From contig JBBDRJ010000018.1 in the NCBI GenBank assembly GCA_040905525.1, positions 88,769 through 152,768 of the forward strand: a stretch of DNA of 64,000 nucleotides. The letters run 5' to 3'. Made by a program: the position numbers and the translations under genes. The stretch's first letter is position 1. Each line of letters opens with the position of its first letter. Of the stretch, positions 57,294 through 64,000 are shown in pieces. The notes beneath the pieces are model-generated. The model was not told the origin of the DNA. It worked only from the letters and a program-made list of their open reading frames with translations, and did not search any database. The DNA comes from Actinomycetota bacterium. Its GTDB lineage: Bacteria; Actinomycetota; JAICYB01.

Positions 57294-58300
57294 CCGGTTC
57301 GCGCGACTAGTCCGAAGAGCGACTCCCGCGGCACCAGACGCCGCGGTCGCTCGACGCTGAATCCGTTCCTGTCGAATAGCCCGACGGTTTCGTCGAGTGT
57401 GGGCAGGGCGGTGTTTCCTTGTGTATTTCGGAGAACGTTGTCGAAGTGTGTGGCGATTCGCGATCGGCCCTGGACGTAGCTGACAACGACGACCGAACCA
57501 CCCGGCGCAAGAAGCTCGCGAAGAATGAATATCAGCTTCGTGCGCTGAGCATCCTCGAAGTAGTACAGGTTGTGAAAGAGAGTGATCATCTCGAAGAGTC
57601 CACCGAGTTCATGCGGCGGATCGAGGATGTTGGCTGTGACAACCCGCACGCCGCTGATGCCCCACTCCTTCAGATTTCGAACGGCCAGATCGGTTGCCGC
57701 TTCGTGCATGTCGACACCGACCGCTTGGACGTCCGACAGGGCTTTGGCCGCGCAGCGCAGGTAGATGCCGGAGCCGCACCCGATGTCGAGGAGAGATGCG
57801 GGACGCGAGTCCTTCAAGCAGCGATCAAGGAAAGCAAGGGTTGGGGCCTCGAGGATCCGCGACGACCTGGCAACGATGTCTCCGGTCTCGTCGAGGTAGT
57901 TGCCGAGAGGCGCACCCCGAAGTCTGTCGCGGACGGTTCCGTACGCCGCGCCGTGATAGCTGAAACACTCTTGGATCTGAGCGAAGTATGCGTCGCCGAT
58001 GTCGCTGACGAGAGCCCGTGCCCGCCGTCCTCGAAGACGATATCGACCATCCTTGATTGCGATCTCGCGCCACGCGATGCCCTCAGCCAATAAGCCATCG
58101 AGCAACTCGGTTCTCGTTACGCCGAGGTCTGTGACGAGCTCTTTTCGCGTGCGTGGTGTGCGGAGCGCGTGTAGCAAGCCGCTGTCAGTCGCTCCGAGAA
58201 GGAACAACGCGCGCGAGGCCGGGTACAGATCGAGCATTACAAACGTTCGGCCGATCAGGTGGCCTCCTCTGATGAAGCGTCTCAGCGCTTGGAGCCACAT
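57290..58300 (-). CDS. Class I SAM-dependent methyltransferase (O-methyltransferase-like)
   Basis: ORF 57290..58819; start moved to Met at 58300 (MWLQALRRF...); SAM motif LLDIGCGSGIY preceded by a dimerisation/winged-helix-like region. Confidence 0.7.
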   Translation of the reverse strand: MWLQALRRFIRGGHLIGRTFVMLDLYPASRALFLLGATDSGLLHALRTPRTRKELVTDLGVTRTELLDGLLAEGIAWREIAIKDGRYRLRGRRARALVSDIGDAYFAQIQECFSYHGAAYGTVRDRLRGAPLGNYLDETGDIVARSSRILEAPTLAFLDRCLKDSRPASLLDIGCGSGIYLRCAAKALSDVQAVGVDMHEAATDLAVRNLKEWGISGVRVVTANILDPPHELGGLFEMITLFHNLYYFEDAQRTKLIFILRELLAPGGSVVVVSYVQGRSRIATHFDNVLRNTQGNTALPTLDETVGLFDRNGFSVERPRRLVPRESLFGLVARTG

Positions 58301-58345
58301 GAGGCAAGGGTACGCTGGGGGCCGATCAGGGAATCGAGGTATTTG

Positions 58346-59764
58346 ATGCGCTCCTTCCTCGTTGGTGGTCGGCATGAGACGGGCACCGACTCTCGTGCAG
58401 TGCGCAATCCGTACTCCGGCGAGCCTGTCGATGAGGTCGCCGTTGCGTCGTGGGACGACGTGGATCATGCCCTTAGCGTGGCGACCGACGTCTTCGAGTC
58501 GACGCGTAGGCAGAGCGCCTTCGATCGTTCGAAGGTGCTTCTGGCCGCCGCCGGCGCGATCCGCATGCGCGCGGAAGAGCTGACCCGACTGATCGTGGCC
58601 GAGGGAGGTAAGCCCTACAAGAACGCGAAGGTCGAGGTCGCCCGCGCTGCTTCGACGTTGACGTGGGCGGGTGAGGAGGCCAAGCGATACACCGGCGAGC
58701 TCGTCCGCCTCGACACCGAGGAGACGGCGCGCGGACGTCTCGGCCTGGTGCGGCGCTTCCCACTGGGAGTCGTGCTCGGGATCGCGCCGTTCAACTTCCC
58801 TCTCAACCTCGTTTGTCACAAGGTGGGACCCGCGTTGGCCGTAGGCAATCCGATCGTCGTGAAGCCTGCGTCGTCCACGCCGCTAACTGCCATCGCATTG
58901 GGCGAGATCCTCGTGGAAGCGGGAGCCGGCGAAGCTGTCTCGGTGATCACGTGCACGCCGGAGGACGCCGAGCGGGCGGCGCAGGACGATCGGGTAGCGA
59001 AGATCTCGTTCACAGGTTCGACGGACGTCGGTTGGAAGCTGAAGGGACTGGTGCCGCGCAAGAAGGTCACGTTGGAGCTCGGCGGGAACGCGGCGGTCAT
59101 CATCGAGCCCGACGCCGACCTCGGTCATGCCGCCGAGCGCGTGGCTTACGGCGGCTTCTATCAAGCCGGGCAGTCGTGCATCTCCGTGCAGCGCGTGCTC
59201 GTGCACGAGGCGATCGCGGAAACCTTCTGCTCCAGGCTCGCGCCCTTGGTCGAGGCGCTTGTGGTCGGCGACCCGGCGAACGAGGACACCGATGTGGGTC
59301 CGTTGATCGACGAAGCGGCACTCGATCGGGTCGATGCCTGGGTGAAGGAGGCCCTGGATGCGGGCGCGCGCGCGCTGTGCGGCGCGAAGCGAGAAGACCC
59401 GTGCTACCTGCCGACCGTCCTCACCGACGTTCGTGAGGACATGAAGGTCTCGTGCATGGAGGTGTTCGGCCCGGTCGTGACCGTTCAGCCGTACAGGACT
59501 TTCGACGACGCACTACGGATGGCCAACGACTCCGATTACGGGTTGCAGGGTGGTGTTTTCACCAACGACATCGAGAAGGTCTTTCGCGCGCAGCGCGAAT
59601 GGCGCGTAGGTGGCCTTATCCACAACGACGTATCGGCCTTCCGGGCCGATCAGATGCCCTACGGCGGCGTGAAAGCGTCTGGCTACGGCCGCGAAGGACT
59701 TCGCTACGCGATGGACGAGATGTCCGAGACGCGGATCCTGGTGTTGTCCGGTCTGGATCTCTAG
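58346..59764 (+). CDS. Aldehyde dehydrogenase family protein
   Basis: ORF 58259..59764; start ATG 58346 after GAGG; ALDH motifs ELGGNAA and catalytic-Cys region GQSCIS. Confidence 0.85.
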   Translation: MRSFLVGGRHETGTDSRAVRNPYSGEPVDEVAVASWDDVDHALSVATDVFESTRRQSAFDRSKVLLAAAGAIRMRAEELTRLIVAEGGKPYKNAKVEVARAASTLTWAGEEAKRYTGELVRLDTEETARGRLGLVRRFPLGVVLGIAPFNFPLNLVCHKVGPALAVGNPIVVKPASSTPLTAIALGEILVEAGAGEAVSVITCTPEDAERAAQDDRVAKISFTGSTDVGWKLKGLVPRKKVTLELGGNAAVIIEPDADLGHAAERVAYGGFYQAGQSCISVQRVLVHEAIAETFCSRLAPLVEALVVGDPANEDTDVGPLIDEAALDRVDAWVKEALDAGARALCGAKREDPCYLPTVLTDVREDMKVSCMEVFGPVVTVQPYRTFDDALRMANDSDYGLQGGVFTNDIEKVFRAQREWRVGGLIHNDVSAFRADQMPYGGVKASGYGREGLRYAMDEMSETRILVLSGLDL

Positions 59765-60450
59765 GACTTCACGAGACGCGGACGGCGCGGCGGGAGCTCG
59801 ACGTTCGGTGCCAACGCCTTGTACAGCAGCTGCTTGGCCCCCTCGACGAGTCGATCAAGGTCTTCGGGCTCCGAGTAGCAAAGGCAGGCTGCGATGTTGT
59901 CCCGGATCGCCGCCGTCACGAGTCGAGCGGTCATCTCCGGGTCCTCGGTATGCACGAGGCCGAATTCGGCTCCGGTGTTAAAGGCGCTTGTGATCAGCGC
60001 GAGGTAGTCACGCTCGAGCTCCAACGCTTCCCGAACCAGATCGGGGCTCGGGCTCTGACGAACGACAACCTCGACGGCGTCCCGGTGCTGGGTGTGGTAG
60101 TCGACGACGGCGTTGAAGATGTCGTCGATGATGTCGCGATAGTCGACCGGCTTCCCGGCCTCGAGGTTCTCGATCGCGTCGGCCACGATGTTGGCCACGG
60201 CGTCGGTCAATCCCTGCATGAAGTCGCGCTTCAGGGCGAGCAGCAGATGCTCTTTGGATTGGAAGTAGAGGTAGATCGTTCCCTTGGCGACCCCGGCCGC
60301 GTTGGCGACCTCCTCCATTGTCGTCTCGTGAAAGCTCTTCGAGCTGAACAGACCCAGAGCCGCCTCGAGGATCTCGGCGCGGCGTTGCTCGCTGGGCTTG
60401 ACCACCCGGCGCTTCAATACGGACGAAACGGCGTCCCGTACCGACTCCAC
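59761..60450 (-). CDS. TetR/AcrR family transcriptional regulator
   Basis: ORF 59761..60588 (TTG); likely start at an internal GTG near 60450-60456 preceded by GGGG; HTH ETTMEEVANAAGVAKGTIYLYFQSKEHLL. Confidence 0.75.
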   Translation of the reverse strand: MESVRDAVSSVLKRRVVKPSEQRRAEILEAALGLFSSKSFHETTMEEVANAAGVAKGTIYLYFQSKEHLLLALKRDFMQGLTDAVANIVADAIENLEAGKPVDYRDIIDDIFNAVVDYHTQHRDAVEVVVRQSPSPDLVREALELERDYLALITSAFNTGAEFGLVHTEDPEMTARLVTAAIRDNIAACLCYSEPEDLDRLVEGAKQLLYKALAPNVELPPRRPRLVKS

Positions 60451-60584
60451 TTGCACCCCTGAAAGGAAGAAGTGACCTGAAGTCAGAATCGTAGCACCCC
60501 GTTCTCGAATGCACAAGGACATGTAAATGCCCTGTTCAGGGCGATTTGATGGTCCTTCACCGATCCCGAACCGGACGCTCTTGA

Positions 60585-60632
60585 CCAATGACTAACGGTC
60601 GGTCATACTACTGACTGACCGTTAGTCATCGG
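60585..60632. promoter_or_regulatory. Palindromic operator-like site (21-bp imperfect inverted repeat arms, 6-bp spacer)
   Basis: ccaatgactaacggtcggtca-tactac-tgactgaccgttagtcatcgg; core 12-bp arms TGACTAACGGTC / GACCGTTAGTCA are perfect reverse complements; between the TetR gene and divergent gene 60678. Confidence 0.6.
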
Positions 60633-60677
60633 ACCTAGAGGGCGAGCCATCCGGCTGGCCCGAGAAAGGAGGCCGAA

Positions 60678-61091
60678 ATGACGCGGGCAACCAGGACAGG
60701 ACTACAGACCCCGGCCTCCCGGGTCGAAAAGGTGCTCCCCAGGCAGCTCGTGGTGGAGCCGGCAACCCTTGAGATCGGAGCGGCCATCGACGAGGGCGTC
60801 CCGCCCGACCGCAGCGTGCGCTACAACGCCCGCTGGTCACAGCGCGGAGCCGCGGGTTCAGCACGCGTCGAGATCCGACCGACTTCGAAGGTGACAACCG
60901 ACATCGTCGTCGAGCTTTCGCGCGCCACCGGCCCGTGGGCTCTTCTGTGGAGCAAGCCACGCCGCTACCGGCTTGCCTCGCTCTTCGCCCAAGCACTCGG
61001 CTACCACGCCGAGACGCGATCCGGCGAGGACGCCCACGGATTCGAGGTCAGAAGGACGACGCCCGAGCTCGTGAGGGCCCGCAGCGCCTAA
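60678..61091 (+). CDS. Hypothetical protein
   Basis: 137 aa; strong RBS AAGGAGG 7 nt upstream of ATG; divergent from the TetR gene; no motif recognised. Confidence 0.5.
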   Translation: MTRATRTGLQTPASRVEKVLPRQLVVEPATLEIGAAIDEGVPPDRSVRYNARWSQRGAAGSARVEIRPTSKVTTDIVVELSRATGPWALLWSKPRRYRLASLFAQALGYHAETRSGEDAHGFEVRRTTPELVRARSA

Positions 61092-61120
61092 GTCCCCAAA
61101 GCCCCCTCCCCGCAACGAAA

Positions 61121-61158
61121 GAAGAGGCCCCACCCCGGGGCCTCTTCTTCTTTTCGGG
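61121..61158. terminator. Bidirectional intrinsic terminator between convergent genes
   Basis: 11-bp GC-rich perfect stem gaagaggcccc / ggggcctcttc with 5-nt loop, followed by a T-rich tract on the plus strand and preceded by an A-rich tract (T-rich on minus). Confidence 0.6.
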
Positions 61159-61159
61159 T

Positions 61160-62455
61160 CTAGAGGTTTCCGACCTCGGCCTCGAAGCGCTTCTCGGCCC
61201 AGCGAAGCGCTTCCTCGCGCTTGGTCGGGATGTGCTGGCTCGGCCACAGGCCATCGTGCGGGGTGTAGTCCTTGAGGACTTCCTTGGCAACCGTGACCTT
61301 GTGGACTTCTGTCGGCCCATCGGCGATCCCCATCGTTGGGGCGCCCATCCACATCTGCGAGAACGGCATCTCGTTGGACACACCAAGGGCACCGTGCAGG
61401 TGCATCGCCGTGTGAACCGTGTCTATGAGCACCTTCGGCAGCCGCGCCTTCACCGCAGCGATGTCCTTGCGCACCTTGAGGTAGTCCTTGTAGCGGTCGA
61501 TCTTCCAGGCCGACTGCAGGACGAGCAGACGGAACATCTGAATGTCGGTCCAGGTGTCGGCGATCTGCTCCTGCACGATCTGTTTGTTGGCCAACAGCTC
61601 ACCCTTGGTCTCGCGCGAGAGCACCCGCTCGCACATCATGTCGAGGCATCTCCTGAGAGTGGCGATCGAGCGCATGGCGTGGTGGATGCGTCCTCCGGAA
61701 AGGCGCGTCTGCGCTGCCACGAACGCTTTGCCTTCCTTTCCCAGCAGATTGTCCGCCGGGATGCGCACGTCCTCGTACCGGATGTATGCGTGGTGTCCGC
61801 TTCCGAGTCGTTCGGTCCCGGTGCCGACGTTGCGCACCAGGTTCACGCCCGGCGTGTTGCGCGGAACGATGTACATCGACGTGCCGTCGTAGGGGCTGAC
61901 GTCGGGGTTCGACACAGCCATCACGAGAAGGATGTCGGCGCGGTCGCCGGCCGAGGTGAACCACTTCTCGCCGTTGATCACCCATTCGTCACCGACCCTT
62001 TGAGCGCGCGTCTTGAACATCGTCGGGTCGGCGCCGGCGTGCGGTTCGGTCATCGAGTACGCCGAGTAGATCTCGCCGGCGAGCAGCGGCTTGAGCCACT
62101 TTTCCTTCTGTTCGTCGGTTCCGTAGTGAGCGATCGTCTCCGCATTGCCGGAGTCGGGAGCCTGCGCTCCGAACATGCGCGGCGCGAGGCCGGAGCGTCC
62201 GAGGATCTCGTTCATCAGGCCGAGCTTCACCTGGCCGTACCCCTTGCCGCCGAGATCTGGACCGAGGTGGCAGGCCCACAGGTCGTTGTCCTTCACCTTC
62301 TGCCGGTAGACGTCGATCTGAGGACGGATCTTCTCGCGCGGGATCCCGCCGGCCCACATCGCCGTCTCGAACGGCTCGATCTCTTCGGTGACGAAGGTGT
62401 CGATCCAGTCGAGCTTCTCCTGGAACTCGGGATCGGTTTCGAAGTCCCAACTCAT
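61160..62455 (-). CDS. Acyl-CoA dehydrogenase family protein
   Basis: 431 aa; ACAD motifs (YSMTEPHAGAD, C-terminal helical domain). Confidence 0.85.
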   Translation of the reverse strand: MSWDFETDPEFQEKLDWIDTFVTEEIEPFETAMWAGGIPREKIRPQIDVYRQKVKDNDLWACHLGPDLGGKGYGQVKLGLMNEILGRSGLAPRMFGAQAPDSGNAETIAHYGTDEQKEKWLKPLLAGEIYSAYSMTEPHAGADPTMFKTRAQRVGDEWVINGEKWFTSAGDRADILLVMAVSNPDVSPYDGTSMYIVPRNTPGVNLVRNVGTGTERLGSGHHAYIRYEDVRIPADNLLGKEGKAFVAAQTRLSGGRIHHAMRSIATLRRCLDMMCERVLSRETKGELLANKQIVQEQIADTWTDIQMFRLLVLQSAWKIDRYKDYLKVRKDIAAVKARLPKVLIDTVHTAMHLHGALGVSNEMPFSQMWMGAPTMGIADGPTEVHKVTVAKEVLKDYTPHDGLWPSQHIPTKREEALRWAEKRFEAEVGNL

Positions 62456-62490
62456 CGCGCCCTCCTCGCTTAACCTCTTGACTCGCCAGT

Positions 62491-63051
62491 CTAGGGGACC
62501 GGTCTGGTCTCACCGCGACCCGTGATACGCAACAGCTCGCCGGGCTCGAGGTCAAGCAGATCGTCCAGCAGTCGATCCAGCGTGGCCTGGTCGATCGCGC
62601 CGATGTAGGAGCCGGCCACGTTTCCTCGAGGGTCAACGAACACCGTTTCGGGTACGCCGGTTACGCCGTAGCGTTTGGCGACGATGCCGCGCGCGTCACG
62701 CACGCTCCCGTACGGCACTTCGAACTCCTCGATGAACTCGAGAGCACTCTGACGCCCGTCGAGGATTGCTATGCCGAGAAATTCGATGTCCTTGCGGTGC
62801 TCACGCGCACCGCGCGCGAGCACGGCGGCTTCTGCCCGGCACGGCTCGCACCAGGACGCCCAGAAGTTCAGCACCGCCGGTTTACCGCGCAGATCGGCGA
62901 GCGACAACCGTTCGTCAGGATCTTCCAGGGTCGGCAGCGAGAACGAGGGGCCCGGACTTCCGAGCTCGGCCTGGGGCCGGGCCCGGAACAGTCCGATGCC
63001 GGCGATGACGAAGAGGAACACCACGGGGGTGAGCCACAGCAGCCTTCGCAT
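62491..63051 (-). CDS. TlpA/ResA-like thiol:disulfide oxidoreductase (thioredoxin fold)
   Basis: 186 aa; N-terminal TM anchor, active site WASWCEPC. Confidence 0.8.
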   Translation of the reverse strand: MRRLLWLTPVVFLFVIAGIGLFRARPQAELGSPGPSFSLPTLEDPDERLSLADLRGKPAVLNFWASWCEPCRAEAAVLARGAREHRKDIEFLGIAILDGRQSALEFIEEFEVPYGSVRDARGIVAKRYGVTGVPETVFVDPRGNVAGSYIGAIDQATLDRLLDDLLDLEPGELLRITGRGETRPVP

Positions 63052-63062
63052 GCGCCGTCCGG

Positions 63063-64000
63063 CTAGCGCCGCTCAGCGGGCCGAAGAAGCGGCTCGAGCC
63101 AGGGGTGCACATCGGCGGCGCGAACTAGTGGATCGCGTCGCCGGATACCGACGGTTGCCACTGCGGCCAGTGCCAGGCCGATCATCAAGAAACCCCACCA
63201 TTCCTCGTCACGCGGGTCCCAGTCCGTCGGCAAAGCCGCCACGATTTCATCGGTCGAAGCAGCCGGCGGATCGGGCAGCCGCGAACCGGTGCCGGCGCTG
63301 CCGCCGCCCGGGGCAGTTCCGGCGGACAGTGTCCTACCGCGCGCAAGCAACGCAACCGAATCCTTGTAGTGATCCTGAGATCTCATGACCACCGCTAAGA
63401 AAGTCCCGGCTGCCGTCCGCGTTGCGGAGATGAGGCAGTTCCCGGCCTGAGCCGTGAAGCCATTCTTCACGCCGATGATGTTCGGGTCTCGTTCGATCAG
63501 TTTGTTGTGGTTCTTCAGATCCAGGGTCTCGCCGTTCTTCCACGGGATCTTGTAGTGGCTCGTGTCCACCATCGCGGCGAGCACGGGATCGACCAGCAGG
63601 TTTCGGGAGAAGATAGCCATGTCCCACGCCGAGGAGACATGTCCGATGGCGTCCAAGCCGTGTGGGTTGTGGAATCTCGAGTCGAACGCTCCAAGCGCGC
63701 GCGCCTTTTCGTTCATCAGTCTGATGAAGTGGTCGTAGCCGACCGGATGATGGGCGGCGATCGCGACGGCGACGTCGTTGGCCGATTCGAGGAGCAACGC
63801 GTAAAGGAGGTCGCGCACGGTCTCCTTCATCCCCGGCGCAAGGCCGAGGTCGCTTCCGTAGGGCTCCAGCACACGCGGCGATGCAGTAACAACCTCGTTC
63901 AGGTCGTACTGATCGCGCGCGACGAGGGCGGTGACGACCTTGGTGAGGCTCGCCGGCGCAAGGGGTGTTTGCGAGCTTCGCGCGAACAACACTCGATTCT
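63063..64000 (-). CDS. D-alanyl-D-alanine carboxypeptidase (peptidase S11), partial - N-terminus beyond window end
   Basis: ORF 63063..63992; SxxK active site ASLTKVV within 15 residues of the ORF start means the signal peptide and N-terminus lie past position 64000; SxN-like region later. Confidence 0.65.
   Translation of the reverse strand, partial: NRVLFARSSQTPLAPASLTKVVTALVARDQYDLNEVVTASPRVLEPYGSDLGLAPGMKETVRDLLYALLLESANDVAVAIAAHHPVGYDHFIRLMNEKARALGAFDSRFHNPHGLDAIGHVSSAWDMAIFSRNLLVDPVLAAMVDTSHYKIPWKNGETLDLKNHNKLIERDPNIIGVKNGFTAQAGNCLISATRTAAGTFLAVVMRSQDHYKDSVALLARGRTLSAGTAPGGGSAGTGSRLPDPPAASTDEIVAALPTDWDPRDEEWWGFLMIGLALAAVATVGIRRRDPLVRAADVHPWLEPLLRPAERR

Noticed and set aside
60935-62473. 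512-aa plus-strand ORF
   Set aside because: Antisense to the acyl-CoA dehydrogenase gene and crossing the intrinsic terminator; low-complexity translation.
1-64000. Defence island, prophage or mobile element
   Set aside because: No integrase, transposase, recombinase, restriction-modification, Cas, toxin-antitoxin-like pairs, tRNA integration sites or abrupt compositional shifts (other than one AT-enriched intergenic stretch) were seen.

Overview
High-GC (~68%) chromosomal segment of actinobacterial character (SigR/RsrA-type sigma/anti-sigma pair, class E sortase, mycothiol-type enzyme, tricorn protease). I support about 61 protein-coding genes, densely packed with many 1-4 nt stop/start overlaps, indicating operons. 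I found no rRNA, tRNA, CRISPR array, transposase, integrase or phage genes, and nothing that resembles a known defence system; I do not see a convincing novel multi-gene system, and the window reads as ordinary chromosome rich in lipid/xenobiotic catabolism and stress genes. Content in order: a glycan/EPS cluster (flippase, pyruvyl transferase, GT4, GT2); acyl-CoA synthetases, two P450s, aldo/keto reductases; DNA repair genes (LigC-like ligase, AlkA, Fpg/Nei, standalone LigD polymerase domain); metal homeostasis genes (TerC, CDF, ferritin-like VIT); a SigR/RsrA redox module; tricorn protease; a TetR regulator with a palindromic operator. The most unusual observations are two genes whose conserved N-termini lie upstream of the first canonical start codon, an in-frame 12-bp tandem repeat at the 5' end of the P5C dehydrogenase gene, and a CDF transporter with a duplicated C-terminal domain. 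All functional calls come from reading motifs in the translations by eye; no database search was run, and start codons are often ambiguous.
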